Below, piece after piece: positions 23,960 to 39,900 of a stretch of DNA of 64,000 nucleotides. The DNA is taken from assembly GCA_016748015.1 (NCBI GenBank), contig JAAOMT010000439.1, forward strand, positions 838,719 through 902,718, given 5' to 3'. The translations under genes and the position numbers were made by a program. The notes under the pieces are model-generated. The model was not told the origin of the DNA and made no database searches. It saw nothing but the letters and a program-made list of their open reading frames with translations. Origin of the DNA: Geosiphon pyriformis uo1. Its lineage: Eukaryota; Fungi; Glomeromycota. How positions within the stretch are numbered: position 1 is the stretch's first letter; each line of letters starts with the position of its first letter.

Positions 23960-26900
23960 ATTTTTAACAATACTGATTTTTTTGAATTAAACTTAAATTT
24001 TTTTTTACTGCAATATAATCAAAAAAAACCAAATTGGTTTTTCCAAAATAGCATTTTTTAATATTTAGTTTTAATTCTGTTTTTTGTAATTTTTAAAAAA
24101 AATTTATAATAAATTAAATAAGCTTTAAATAATAGTAAATAAATATTAATATTCATAAGTTATTAGAATATTGCTAATATAATATATAATTTAAAAAACA
24201 TTATATTAAATTTGTAATTTTTTTTAAGTTATAAAAGCTGTTTTCAGATAATTTTTAAAATTTATAATAACTAATTAATAACTACTTTTTAGATTTAATG
24301 TTGAAAAATATTAAGATTTTATAAAAACATTTAATATGTTATTAATTTATAATAGAAGATAAATATTTTTAATTATAAGATTGTTTAATTGACAATAATT
24401 AACACAAAAACAGATTTTTTTATTTTTTATTTTGACAAAAACTACTAATAAAACTTATAAACTTATTAATAATTAAATAAGCTTATTATTAAATATTTAT
24501 TGTACTTTATTTTTAATATATTAGTAATTAAAAAATAAAACTTAATAAGTTTGTTAGCATTTTGGTTTGGTATTTTTAATATAAATTTAATGTAAAGTTA
24601 GATTGGTTTTTCTAAATTATTATTGTTTTTTATAAATATATCAGCATACTTTGTAATTAATTGTTTAAGTTGTTTTTGTTGTTGTAATTTTAATTGTTTT
24701 ATATTAATTTAAAATAGTTTTTTGATAGTTTTTAATAGTAAAAGTAAAGTTAAATTTTAAAAATAAATATTTAATTAGTTTTGTAAAATTTAAAACTTTT
24801 TATAAAAACTTTTATTAAAAAATATTATTGTAAATAATTCTAATTTTTAATTATTTAACTATTATAATAATTGAATTATTGGAATTATAAAAAGTAATTT
24901 TGATTTTTTTGATTTTTTAGACAAATAAATATTAAAAATTAAGATTTAATATTTTTTGCAAATTTGTTTATTTAACTCAAAACTTTGTTGAATAATAATA
25001 AATGTTGAACAAATATATAATTTATAAATTTTTCCAAAATTAAAAAATGATTGTTTTAAGTAATATAAAAATCTAGTAAGATTTGTTTTATATATTAAAA
25101 ATTATTCAATTAATTTAAAGTTTTAGATTTTTTTGTTACTTTTGTCTATTTTTTTTTAATTTTGAACTAATTCCAAATTTGAAATATTGATTAAAAGTAA
25201 ATAAATAGTTTGTGTAATTTTTTTGGCATATTTAATTATGAAAAACTTTTTAAAGCAAATTTTAAGTTGCTTTTTATTAACAATATTAATTGTAAAATCA
25301 AAATATCTTTTCTGAATATTGTAAAATATATTTAATATCAATTTTATGGGTTTTTTTGGTCTAATTACTTTTTTATTGTTGTTGAAATACTTAAATTATA
25401 AAGTAAATTTGTTTTTAATAAGATAAATTAAAGTAGTGAAAATTTTTTTGCAGTTTTTATGCTTTAAATTTAATTTTGTTTTTATTATTCTTAATAAATA
25501 ATAAGATATTAAGAGTATAATTTTATAAATATTATTAGATATTACAAAACATAATATATTTTTTGCAGAATTAAATATTTATTTGTTTTAATTATTATAT
25601 CTGAATTTTTTTTGAAAAATAAGCATAATTTAATGTTAATTAGTAGAATTTTACTTTATTTTATAGTTAAATCTAGTTAATTTTATAGTATATTCGATAT
25701 ATTTAGCTTTTTTTATTTGACAGACATTTTTTTTGGTTTTTTATTAATTAAAATTATAGTTAAAATATTGATTATTTTAGTATTATATAGATAATATTAA
25801 AAATATTATTATAAGTTATTGTAAAAAATATTTTTTGCTTGATTTTTTCTAAAATAATTTAAATATATTAACATGTTTTAATTATAAACTTTTTTTTATT
25901 GTAATATTAATTCAATTGTATTTATTAAATAATAATTATTTATAAATAAAATATAGTTTATTATTCTATTTTTTACTTTATTTTAATCTGTTAAATTATT
26001 TTTAATAATAACAAGTGTGAATTTTGTATTTTTTTTAAATAAAATATAATTTAATTGTTTTTTTTTTATACGTTTAATGAGTGAAATCCAAATGCTACCT
26101 AGAATTATACATCATATAAATGATCTAAACTAGGCACGAATCATGCATTTTCTATACATGACCAGCCACTCAAGTCAATCAGAACAACACTATACACCTA
26201 TGTGAACAGAAACCATATTATCTATATCAGAAAAAAACCAACAAGATTTATGAAACCAAAACTAATACCAAAGGCATTAGTGATACCTAATAACTTAACT
26301 ATACTTTCTGAAAGTAGCTTAGGGAGGCCTACTATTAGAAGGGGTAGAGAACCATTACATGGAATTGAACCACTTCCCTCCATAAGAGACCTGTGTTTGA
26401 CATAAACCAACCAAATCTCCTCCCAAAAAGTGAGACAAAATTTTTACACAAAGTCCACAATGATCAGAGCTGCCACTTTGAAATCTTTAAAAACAGAAAC
26501 TGACTTATAGTATCAATTATTAAAAATGAAACCTTTATAAAAAGCCATGCTAATTACAACATCAGAAACACACATTGACAACAACTATAAAACACATAAA
26601 GAAAAACAAGATAAACCAGTGAGAACTTCCCAAGCAGATGCATAAACATTGACCAACCAAGCACAGACAGAAACATCAGATGAGCAGAAAAACATGTGGT
26701 CAGAGATTTTAACATTACCACAATAAAGACATAGTATGCTGAAATAACACCTATTATACAACTGTTTCTGTACAGCTACAGAAAGCCAATGATGCAGTGC
26801 CTTCATAAAATATGTCCGATTGTTAGCAGTACACTTACTAGTGAAACCAGCAGCCAAATGAAAATCTGGATGCCACACCAAAGAAGACCTGAACCAATCA

Positions 26901-29710
26901 ATATCCAAACACAAGCTCCTGATTATGACTTAAGAGCCCAAACTCACCTCTCAATGTGTATGATAAACTGATTGGAAAATGTTACAGACAAAATGTCTAG
27001 AATTACCAGATACTACAGTACTACCAGCCATTAAAAACTGCTCACTGATTGAAGGAGATAGGTGAAAGTCAGAAAAAGCAGCAACCTTAGCTAAAGCATC
27101 AGCACGCTCATTGCCCAACACCCCAGAATGACCTTTAACTTTAACCCAATTTACATCCAACTTTTTACAACAAATGACATTAGCAATATGGCAGCGTTTG
27201 ATCCAACACTGATTCCTGAAATCCAGATGAAGCAAAACAGATTCTGAAATACATGCATCCAAAGCAGCCTGACTGTCAGAGAACAGGTCAACAGAACTGA
27301 AAGAAGGGACACATTCTAGAGCCAAAGCAATGGCCTGTAATTCAGCTAACATAGAAGAGACCAAGTCAGACACACTCACACCCAAACCTAAATTAAGGTC
27401 TTTAAAAAACACTGCCGCATCAGCTTTCATATCATGAGTTCCCAGCCCATTCAAGAAACCATCCATATATACAGAAAGATGAAAAGATGTAGTATTCAAC
27501 AGATTGGAACTGACCACACCAAACTCACAGGACTGAAGAACATCATGATGCATACAGCCATCTAAGAATGGAGAACCAACAGAAGAAGAGGCCATATCAG
27601 CAATAAAGCAAATGGCAATACCATACCAAGAAGAAACAAGGCCATGAAAGTCCAATCTTTTCCACCATTTGAAAGTTAACCAACTAAAAACAGCACCATT
27701 ATAGTCTTGAAGCTGTTCCACAAATGCAACACCATACCAGCGGAGTAAGAAAACACACCTGAAAAATGTCTTATTACCAAGCACAAAAGATAAAGGAGTA
27801 CCAGACCAAAGGCGAAAGGCACTGGCCATTGAGCTGTCTAAAGACAAATTGTAATCAGAAAAAACACGGATTACCCAGCTAGAAAATTATTTGAATGTTT
27901 TTTTAATTGTAATTTTGAATATAAAATATATTAACTGTTAATTTGTTTATTTATTAATATTAATTTAAGATCTTGATTTAAGTTTTTTAATTATAAAAAT
28001 ATTAATTATAGTTTAAGTGTTTTAAATAGTTGCTGTTCAGTTTTTTTAATCCAATTAAATCAAAAATTAAGAAACATATAAGTTTTAATAATTAAGGGTT
28101 TTTTTTTTTTTGAATTCAAAAACTGGGGTTTTTTTAAATTATTTGTTAAAAATACTATAAATAATAGATATTTTGATATATTGTTCTTGGAATTTTTTAT
28201 TTAAATTAGTATTGGCTTTAAAAAATAAATTGTTTTTAATAAAAACTTGTTATTAAAATATAATTATAATAAGAATTTTAATTAGAATGATAATTTTATC
28301 AATTATAAAAAAAAATTGTTAATTTTTTTATTAATATTTTTTTATATAATTAGTAATTGTTATTACTATTTGGGTAAATCAATTTACATTTTTTTGAGTT
28401 TTTATATTAGTTAATAAATAATAATTTTTTTAATAAATTTTTTATTTAAAATTAATTAAATTAATTTTTCTTTAATTTTAGTTTTAAGATACATAATAAT
28501 AATTGCTTTTTATTTAAAAAGAGTTGTATTATTAAGTAGAAATATTAATTTTTAACTTTAAATTCAAATAAAAATATGTTTAAAATATTAATATTTTTAG
28601 TTATTTTTGCTAATAAAATTTTTGTATTATTAAAAAATTTTATTGTTATACTGTAATTGTATTTTTAAAAGTGTAGTATTATTGTTATAAAATATTAATT
28701 GGTTGTTAAAATTATTTTTGTTATTATTAAATTGAAAATAGTTTTGTAATGTAAATTGGTTAAATTAACTAATTTTTGTGCTAAAAACTAATAATTTTAT
28801 ACTAAAAATAGTTAATAATATTGTTGTTAAATTTGAAATAAGACAAACTAAAAATAATTAAGCTAAGATCTTAAAAAATAATAAATAAATAATAGTAATA
28901 ATAAATAATATAATTATTATAGCTAATTTATTTTTCAAAATATTTTTTTCTATATTTTGAATTATGTATATTGTTAGATTTATAATAAAATAGCCAATAT
29001 TATGCCAATTACTTATGTAGTTACTTTACAATAAAAGTTAACTTTTTTACAAAAAAATTTTGTCTGTAAACTTCTTAAATAATATGTAGTTACTTTGCTA
29101 TAAAAATCAATTTTCTATAAAAAATTTTGATCATAAATTATTTAAATTATATAAGAAATATATTTAAAAATTTGTTTTAAATCTAATATTATTTTTGATT
29201 TTTTAAAATAAAAGTTCTTTTTTCAGTTATTAAAATTAATAATTAAGCAATTTTAAAATATTGATTTTAAATAGATAATTTTAAAACAATAGTATTTAAA
29301 GATTTTGGGTTTTTTAAAGTAATTTTTATTAATATAATTTGTAATAATTAATTATTACTTCTAATAAAAATATTTTTAATTAAAATATTTATTTAAAAAA
29401 GCTTTTTTTTATACAACTTGTTATAGTATTATTTTATAATCTAATACTTTTTTTTTTCTAATATTTTAGTAAACTAAAAATATATTTTATTAAACTATAA
29501 GTTATTTTTATAAACTATTAATTATTTCAATAAATTATTAAATATTTTATTAAATTTCTAAATATTTTAATAAATTTTGAATATTATATAATTTGAAATA
29601 TTATATGATCTAATCAATATAATTTAATTATATTTATATTTTATATAAAGCAAATTATTAATTAAATATTAATTAATAATTTAAAATAATAATATATGTT
29701 AATTAATAAT
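23960..29710 (-). mobile_element. Degraded dUTPase-type Gypsy (family A): partial LTR ~28985-29710, gag end, protease, Cys-rich insert, dUTPase (~25050-25400), RT; interrupted by a LINE
   Basis: Reverse complement is collinear with 58500-61970 (e.g. 24620-24690 with 61200-61270; 25310-25430 with 60280-60410). 28990-29700 matches LTR-A 48910-49690. Confidence 0.78.
26055..27885 (-). mobile_element. 5'-truncated LINE (RNase H, Zn finger, 3'UTR, poly-A) inserted into the Gypsy relic
   Basis: ORFs 26951-27847 (VYMDG, ELQAIALALE, KVKGHSGVLGNERAD) and 26585-26914 (CLYC..DHMFFC). 3'UTR homologous to 15370-15483. T-run at ~26057-26067. Flanks are contiguous Gypsy sequence. Confidence 0.92.
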
Positions 29711-32700
29711 TTTTTTTTATTAAATAATTAATGAATAAAGCCCAACTATTATTTAATATACAGAACCAAACTAAATGGCTTAAACTAAATACAGTTTATG
29801 TTTTTATTACATATAACCAATTACTTAAACCAAACAAAACAATACTAAATATTTATACTAATATATGTATTTTTATCTAAACTAAAAAAGAAAGACACTG
29901 TTTATATTTACTAAAACTAATTACAAAAGACTCTACTATATTAAGCAACTGAACTATTTTATCTAACAACATAAATATCAAACAGTAAAGCAAATTTGAA
30001 ACTATGTTATCATCTTTGACCAATTTAGCTTTTTTCATATCCACACAATGCTTCAACTTCACAAGTCATATTTTAGTCTAATACAATTTTACTAAATATC
30101 TTATATATTTAATAAAAATAGAAGCTGCTTTTATTTTTTTATCAAAAACTGCAGCTTTAATATATTAGTCTTTTAACTCAAATTTTTTGCAAATTAATAT
30201 ATATAAATTCATATTTGATAAATACTAAAAAAGTGTTTGTAGAACAGCAAAAAAAAATAAACAGTAAACACTTACCAATAACACTCATATTTTAGAAATT
30301 TCTACCAAAATATTCTTCTATATATTATTATTCCTAGCATAAATAAAAACATAATTAGATAATTTATCTTACTAAACAACAAACACAGCACATTAGAATA
30401 TATTTTATTATATAATTTCTTTTTAAGTACTATTAGTTATTACTTATATACAGTTTTTATTAAATACATATACTTATTTGTTAACTTTCTACTAGTAAAT
30501 TCAGAAAGCATATGCAAGTTAAGATGTCAAACTTTTATGATAGCTAGCCAATTTACCTCTTTAATTAATACACTTAGAATTATATTATAGTCAAAACCAA
30601 TCTTTTGTTGAGCATGACAAATAAATCTATATAAATTATAAACAAAATGACAAGTATTATCAGACATAACCATACTTTTAGCCATTATAAAACATTTTTG
30701 AATCCCAAATAACAGAAAAAAAGAAGAATAAACAGACTTATCTGTTATTATATTAGCTCAAACATTGCTCAAAATACCTAAATAACTTTTAATTTTTACT
30801 TATATAACAAAAAAATCTTTATTTCTAATCAGATTAGCAATATGTTTTCTCTTTATTTAGTACTGATTATAGAAGTTTGGTGCAGTAAACAAAACTTCAG
30901 AAATATATACATCAATAGCAGATTGACTATTCAAATATAAAACTACTATATAAAAAGATAAAACATATTTTAAAAACAGTATTACAGTCTGTAATTTGGC
31001 TATTGTAAAGAACAAAAGCTTATGTACTCTAATACCAATACACATATTTACAGCTAAAAAATAAACAGTTGTCTTATTAATAACTTTAGCAAAACCAATG
31101 TATTTTAAAGAATCATTTGTATAAACTTCAATAAAATTAGATCAAATTTTAAACAAGTCTCTCTGCACATTAAAAAATTTTTTAGATCTTAAAATATTCA
31201 AACTAAATGATTTACTAATATTAACAGAATTAATTACTAAAGAACTCTTATTAATCAAAAATTTAGATGCTGGCTTGAACTAATAAGATATAAAACTTTT
31301 TAAATTTAATCTCTTTTATTGATGAAACATTTTTTAATTTATTATACTCACTTTTTTGTCTAAAAGTCTAATACCAAAAACAATTTTAAATTGCTTTAAA
31401 AAAAAAACAGAGCTATAATACAAAATTTTTTTTAAAATATTTAATATTAAGAATTTACTAAAACTACAAAATATATTGGGCAGATTGTTCACCAAAAATA
31501 GATTATTGTCTAAAAGATTTTTTATCACTCAGCCAAAAAATTGTTTATTAGATTAATATACAATTTAACAAAAAACTATAAAAGATTTAAAGGAGACCAT
31601 TCCAGAACTTATAAATCCAAAAATCTATATTTAACCAATTGTTTAAGAATACTCAACATATTAGAAAAAACAATTAATAAAACCAATTTTTTATCAGTCT
31701 GCACTTATTTAAAGAGCTTTAGATTATATAAAAATAGATAATACAAAGCCTTATTAAAAAAATTTTATAACAAACTGGCTTTGGTCTTAAGATTTTTTTT
31801 GATCATAATATTCTACTTGTAACACATATTTAATAAAACAAAATTAAACTGTAATTAGTAGTTAACTATGGACTGCAAAACAACCAAAACCAAATAAGAA
31901 AATTGTTTATTCATAATTATTTTTCTTAATATTACATTAAAAAAAACTTGATGTTGGCATAAGCTTGAGCCAAACTAGGCTTAGAAAAACTTTCAGTTAA
32001 CAAAAAAATTCCTAAGTACTTATATAATTTATTTTTTTTAATAATTAAAATTAGCAAACCACTGATTATTAATGAAACAGTCTTAATATCCTGATTAATT
32101 AACATAGCTACTGTTTTTTTATTATTAATTAAAATGTTATTGATGTCAAAAAATTCATTAACAATATTCAAAATATATTGAATAAAAGTCTGGCTATTCT
32201 CAACTTAAATTGTGTTATTAATAAAGGCATTAGTAGCAAAAAATAATGTCTTTTTTCTAACAGTCTTAATTTTGCCAGTTTTGGTTACAAATTTTATATC
32301 AATTTAGTATCTACATAAGTGCTTATGTTTCTTGACTTTACACAAAAGTGGATTATAAAAAAGTTTTCAGAAAAAAAAGAGAAAATTTTACCTTAATTCA
32401 GTCTATTATATATTTTGTAATCATTTGAAATTCAAAGTTAGTTATTATCTTATTAATCTAATTCTTATGTATGTTAACAAAAAACTCAATAAACCAACTG
32501 CACATCTTAATATACTGTAAGCTAATCTTCAAATAATGCTATTTTATTAAATCATACATCTTATACATATTTTGCAAAACCAATCAAATTTTTTTATTTT
32601 TTTCTAGTATATTTTTGACAACTGAAACAATAACAAATATAAGAGATTGAATTAAAGTACTCTTTAATACTAAAGAGTTATTAGTGCAAAAAACATTAAA

Positions 32701-34985
32701 TTTACTACAAACTGAGAAAATCTGATCAAAAAAAAATCTTTAATAAAATTTTTCTAATTGTTTTGATTAATACAATAAACTAAATATTTTTTAAAACACT
32801 ATTCTATTTGTAAGATTTGAAAGTTATCAAAACTTATGCTCTTTTTTAAGAAACTAAAATCATATCTAAAATTAAACACAAATTTAACAACTTTAAAAAA
32901 CATTTTAACAGCTTATTACTACAACATTTCTACAGTTCATTTAGAATTTCTGATAATCTAACAGTCTTGTTATCTGATAAACTATTAACTATTAAAACTA
33001 GCTTTTCTATATTAATATTTTTTATTATACAAAAAAAACACTATGGTTAACATAATCTAAAAGCATATATTGACAAGACCAAAGTTTAAGTATCTTTGAG
33101 AATACTGACTATTTTTTCATTTACTTTTTTATGATTTTATCTACTTTAAGCTTTACTTTATTAGATTTTATAAACAATTTATTCTTAACCACTAAGTAAT
33201 TCAAAACAACTTTGTAAAAAAACTGTTTAGAATATTTTTTATTATTTGTCTCTTATTAAAACAAATATTTTTCATATGTTATTTAATTGCTTTCCAAATA
33301 ATCATGTTTTTAAATGTCTTTGATTCATAATATTTAAAATTTTGATATTTCATTCTAACTATTGACAAATGTTTAATAATGTCTGTAAATTTCATATTAT
33401 CCTAAATTATACTAGTAATCTTAAACATTTTAATATTATTAATGATCAACCATATTTTAACAAGACAATCAAATTTAAACAAATCTTCAAAATTCTATTT
33501 TTTTATAATTTTAGCAATAAGTAGTTTCAACCTAAAATATTTTGATAATTGTTTGTTTTTGAGCAATTATACTTATTATATTAATATTTCAAAAACACTA
33601 TATTAACAGATTATATTAAAGTTTTTCTTAATATTTCTCATATTGTATTTAAATTATTACAAAACTTTGTTTTCTTAAATACATTTAATATTGTTAACAA
33701 CTTATTAGAAAAGCACTCCTTAAATTATATCTATTTGGCTTTACTTATATTTTTTAACTTAAATTTTTATCAATTTTTATTAGTTTGCTTATGAATATTA
33801 TTAAAATAAACATTTAGAAACCACCCAAACTAATTGAGACTGAAACTGCCTTGTAATTTGTATTAAAAAATTCTAACATAATATCAACCTTATGATTTAT
33901 AATATTAGATGCCAAGTTTCTATTTACAAACACAAATTTAACACTTTTTTTAACACTTTTAAAATTGCTTCAAATAAAAATTTTGGCTAATAAATATTTA
34001 TTAAATATATTAATCAAATCAAAATCTAAACAAGACTTGAAACTTACACTCTTTTTTGATTTATTCTTATTGAAATCTCCACCCAAAACCACAAAAATAC
34101 TGGAATTAACTGCTTTGGCAATGAAAAAATTAATTTTTAATGTCTACTGAAATTTGATCTCAAAACAAGCACTAGTATACAACCCTAAAATCATTATTAA
34201 AAGTTTATTTTTAGACAAAAAACAAACTAAAATAATTTTGTCTGAAATTTTGTTAATATTTGAAACATATTGAACTAAAAAGTTGTTTATTATTATAGCT
34301 ATTTTAGCATTAAAAAAATTTTTATCCAAATCAGATATAAAAATTCATACTTTATTAAACTTATTTATAATCTAAAACCTAATATTAGACCTTAATTTAG
34401 TTTTTGTAATAATAAAAATTATATTATCTAAATTAATATACCAATAAACTATATCTGTTTGCTTAGTAAAAACATTGATATTTATAATATTATATATAGT
34501 AATTTTCTATACAAAATCAATTATTAAGAAGAAAAAATGTTTAAACTAAAACTAAAATTGTCTACTTTGGCTATAAGGCCCAAAACTGTATTTGAAAAAC
34601 TCTACAAACTGTTTTTTAACTTAAAAATTGTTGTAAATCCAAAGAAACTATTTTTATAACAGTCTTATTACTAGTAACTGTATTCGAATTCTCATTTATT
34701 ACTATATCTATTTCTTAATTTTGTGATAAAAAAATTATTAATAGCTAACAATCAGAGCTAAACTAAGAAATTATTGGTCTAAGTACATTCAATTTCTTAA
34801 CCAGCTTTTTAACTTGCTCTATAAGACTAACAAAACTGTACTTAAAAGTAGCAAACCTATTATTTACTTCCAAAATAACCAATAAAAGAGGTTTAACATC
34901 TGAAAATAAACCAATACTAAAAAAAACCAAAAATATTATATAAGAAATAAAACTATTAGCAATTTGAGTCTAAGTTTTTCTACCA
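29711..34985 (-). mobile_element. Heavily mutated LINE (3'UTR, ORF2, end of ORF1)
   Basis: ORF 31932-32171 (YKYLGIFLLTESFSKPSLAQA), ORF 34144-34329 (APE region), ORF 30857-31045 (RNase H region); 3'UTR-like 29728-29880. Confidence 0.85.
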
Positions 34986-34989
34986 AATA

Positions 34990-36985
34990 AAACTAGAATA
35001 AAAAATTTAATCCCAAATGAGACAGGCTATTTCACATTAAAAAATTTTAAGAAATAGAATCTATAAACTAAGATAGAACAACAAAATTTTAACTAAAACA
35101 GTATATAGAAATTGACTGAAATTATATCACAATATAGTATTATTATCTATCAATAACATTTTACAACTGAAAGTACAAAGAATATTAGTCCAATTAGATA
35201 AGATTTCATGAGATTTGAAACCAATCATAATTATTGACACAAATATATTAAATTAATTAACCAAAATAATATATAAAAAAACACAGTATACACAACAAAA
35301 GCAAAAATAAAAAATAGAAATTCCAAATTATATTTACATATTGGCCCAACAATTATTTCAAGCCATAAATCAACAACAATTGAATATAGAAATTATTATC
35401 AATTATCAAACAATCTGCTATTAGAACACTAAAAGAGAAAAAAAAGCAAAAAATACATTATATTAATAACTATCGAACTCAATAAAACACTGATCAAATA
35501 AAATAATAGAAAAAGTAAAGAATACTTTTGGGAAAATACCCATAATTGTTTCAACAAAAGAGTTAATAAAAAAAAACTAAAAACAATAAACAAAACAATT
35601 TTCAATATCATACTGTTATTATTAATTAGAACAAAAGCTGAATATTTAGAAATTATATATTGACAAGTTCAAAAGAATATTCAATCAAGAAATAATACAA
35701 CAAATTGAAGATTTTATTAGAAAAAAACAAATTTAATACTACATATTAAAACAATTTATTGACTATATGTCATATTTCAAAATTATCGAAAAATATTACT
35801 ATACTCAAAAATAAAAACAATAATTATTAACCAGTAGAGAAAAATGAACAACTTACAAGTAAAAGACATAAGAACCAGAGTTGAACAAATAGTATTAAAA
35901 AATAAAATAATAAAATTAATCCAAAATAAAAATTTCAATGAAGCTCAATATTAAAAAGAAAGATATAATGTTACTTATAGAAAAAAATACAAAAAAAATA
36001 GTAGGAAAAATAAATAGGAAAAATAAACCAATAAGAGAATAATATTTAGCATGTAAACATATTATCAATAAATTAGAACATATTGCTCAGCAATATAAAA
36101 CATTGTCAGAAAATCTCAGCATATTGCTCAGCAATGTGCATATTGTTAGAAATTACAAATATATTGTTTAGCAATGAGCACATTGTTAGAAATTACAAAC
36201 ATATTGTTCAGCAATGTAAACATTATTCAAGAAATTATAACACATTGCTTACAAATGTGCAAAATCTCTTAAAATATTAATTATGTATATATAGTAAAAG
36301 TATTAAAAACAAAAAAGACAGAATTCAGTTCAGAATTAATATCTATAATTAATTAATTATTTTATATTTCTCTCTTTAAAAGATAATTTTTTACAACTTG
36401 AAACAAAATCAAATCACATATTAATAAAATATTAATTATTATTTGAATCTATGTTATCATTATTTTAATTAAGAAATATTAATCATTTCCATTCTATTAA
36501 CATTTTATGTTGATAGAATCTAATACTTAATCATACTAAAACAATAGTTTTTGATTATGACTATTGACAGAATATTAATTTTTTATTTTTCCTTTTATTT
36601 TATATTATTTTGTTTTTTTTTTATTTGTTTTATTGTATTGTTGACTAATTAATTGGAAAAATTAGAGCATTGAATTATTAACATCAAAAATAGCTTAGTA
36701 AAAAATTCAGAAATAAAGATATAGAACTCAAAAATTAAGAATAATTTATCAGAAAAACATGACTACCAAAATAAACTGGCCATTACATTGAAAAAAAAAT
36801 TTGATGGAATAACAATTCTGGAAGGCTATTAAAACAATTATTAAATCTCTATTTATTATATAAAAGACTCAACTAAAACCTTTAGACTGCCAAAAACTTT
36901 AGATATTATTAATATTATCTAGCTATCAAACACTAAATTATGAATTTATTATTTAATTTTATTACTCAAATAATCACTTGTAATA
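34990..36985 (+). mobile_element. Gypsy 3' fragment: integrase C-terminus, extra 3' ORF relic, PPT, 3' LTR (family B, 35969-36985)
   Basis: LKLYH...DLKPIIII integrase tail; ...NFNEAQY* then purine tract then TGTTAC; LTR ends aatcacttgtaata (cf. 40551-40564). Confidence 0.75.
36060..36260 (+). repeat. ~39-bp tandem repeat (4-5 units) in LTR U3
   Basis: Unit approx. catattgctcagcaatgtgcacattgttagaaattacaaa, containing the imperfect palindrome attgctcagcaat. Confidence 0.8.
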
Positions 36986-39900
36986 CCATTTAAAGTAACC
37001 ACAGAACCAAAGAAAAAAACAATACTATTCAACATATATTCAGATTTAACAGCAGAACATTTTTACAAAAAAGCAATTATAAAAAAAACCAAACAAAAAT
37101 ATTACTGGTTATCTATATATTCAGACATTATTTAATATATTCAAAATTGTAATGCTTATTAAAGAAAAAGAGAAACCAAACCCAGTAAACCATTAAAATC
37201 AATTAAAATAGAACAACCATTTAATTAAATTAAAATTGACTTAATCAAATTATTAATCATTACCAACAGAGGCAATTAATATATAGCAGTAGCCATAAAT
37301 TATCTTATAAAATAACTAAAAACAAAAACAATTCAAAGAGCAGATACAGAATCTATAGCCAAATTTGTTTACCAAAATTTGATTTATTAACATAGATGTT
37401 TAAAAAAATTATTATCAGATCAAAAAACTTATTTTGTAAACAGATTATTAACAGAATTAAGTCAAAAATTTGGAATTAAGAAACTGTTATTATTATTATA
37501 TTATTTACAAACAAATGGCTTAATTGAAAGATTAAACAGAATATTATATAAAATAATAGTTAAAATTAGCCAAAAAAACTAGAATAAATAGAATTTGTTT
37601 ATACCATCAATATTATTTGTTTATTAAACAATGAAGCAAAATATCACATAAACAATACCATTTAAACTAATCTATAGTAAAACAACAATATTATTAATTG
37701 AAATAAATATTAATATATATTCAATTGAATTAATAACAAAAACCAACTTTCAAAGAACATTGCTAAAAAAAACAAATAACTTAATAGAAACTTTAAAAAA
37801 CAAAAAGCAAAAAACAGCTAATAATATTCAAAAATTACAAGCAAAACAAAAAAAACAATATAATAATCAGTTATTAGATAAACCAATTAAATTTAGAATT
37901 GAAAACAAAGTATTTTTATATTGTACTAAAATAAAAAAACAATAGAATAGAAAATTTGACCCCAAATAAAATGAACTATTTTACATTGAAAAAATTCTAG
38001 AAAATAGAACTTATAAATTAAGATAAAACAACAAAATCTTAGCTAAAGCAGCATATGGGAATTGATTAAAACCATATTATAATATAGTATCATTATTTAC
38101 TAATAATATTTAACAATTAGAAGTACAATAAATACTAGTCTAACCAGATAAAATTCCAAAATCTAAAATTAATTATTATTATTAACACAAACATGTCAAA
38201 ATAATTTACAAAAACAGTATATAAAAAACCAATACATATGACAAAAACAAATAAAAAGATAGAAATTACTGACAACATTTACTTACTAGTTCAACAATTA
38301 TTTTAATTAATCAAACATCAAAAACTGAACATAAAAATCACAATCAATCAATAAACTATTCAATATAAAAACACAAAAAGAAAATAAAAACTTCAATACA
38401 AAATACAACATAAAAGATATAAAAAAAATAAAAATATAGTAAAAGATATAATAACAAAAGTAAAAATATTTATAAAAACACCAAAGACAATAGTATTATA
38501 TAAGTTAACAAAAAAAAATTGGAAATAGTAGACACAACAATTTTCAAAAAACATTTGCTATTATCAGTTAAAACAAAAAATTCATATTTAAAACTTATAT
38601 ATGAACAAAACAAGACAGATATTTAAACTAAATAAATTAATTAATAAAATATTAAAGTTTTTATAAGCATAAAATTAAATAATTTGTTACTTTAATAATT
38701 AACGTAATAAATCAATTCATTTATAACATATTTGCTATTTATTTATTTATTTAACATGACAATATTATACAACTCAAATAATTTATAGAAAAAAACAATT
38801 TATTTACAGACATAAGTAATATACTAATTACAAACAGAGTTCTAAAACTGTTTAAAAATACTATTATATCCAATAATAAACATAGTAACCATCAATCAAT
38901 TAGAAAAAATTATTAATATCCAATTTGAAGAATTACAAATTAATATTGTCCAAGTAATTCTCAAGAAAAAAGTTATAGAACTAATTCAAAAAAGAAATTT
39001 AAAAGATTTGGACAGAGCTCAATATTAAAAAAAGAGAATAATATTGTTACAAATTGAAGTAACAAGCTAACAAATAGCAAAGTAGAACAGGATTGTAGAG
39101 TGATAAAAGGAATCAAAGGGAATTCAACTTCAAAGAGTGAATTGAATGAGTATGGATTCAATATGCAAGATCAGTCTTATAAAATATCTTAATTGCTATG
39201 CTTTTTAAAAGATAACTAGAGAATTTGAAGGTAGAAGGATAATTCATACTGTCAATAAATGATTACACACTGGTATAATTCTATGTCTCATGTTAGTGCT
39301 CTTAGAATTCAATATCAGATATCAGATGTACTCTTCAGTTATGTTTTATTTGATAATTTTCAAATACTATAATTATACATTTCAGGAAAAAGGGTAGAGA
39401 ATAACCAATAAGTAATCTTTTATCTTTAAGATGTTCAGATACTTAAAGGTAGAAAAAAAAATTAGTGAGAAAAGAAGGATTAAGATGAAGTTGTTATTTT
39501 ATTTCTTTTCTTTCTTTGATTTTTACATGTTTTTCTATAGTTAAGAGATTCATTGCTTATATAACTATCAAAAGTAGTCAATAATCAGGTCAACAACTAG
39601 GTCAATAATCAGGGCAATAATCAGGTTAATAATCAGATCAATAATCAGGTCAATGATTAGGTTAATGATTATTATCTAAAAATAGAGTAACTAATTATAT
39701 AACATCAATGGTTAATACATGTAATAATTAATAAAAAGTATAGGTTTCAACCATAATAATATTACTTATAGAAATTAAGAATTATAATAATAAGTAAAAT
39801 AGCCAATCAGAAATAGATATAGTAAAAAAAAGAATTTTAAGATTTCAGAATTTTAAGATTCCTTTCAAAAAATTGCAGAATTCCAAAAATTTTGTATAAT

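Noticed and set aside
36060-36260. CRISPR-like array with palindromic repeats
   Set aside because: Units are contiguous tandem copies without unique spacers, inside an LTR in eukaryotic DNA, with no cas genes
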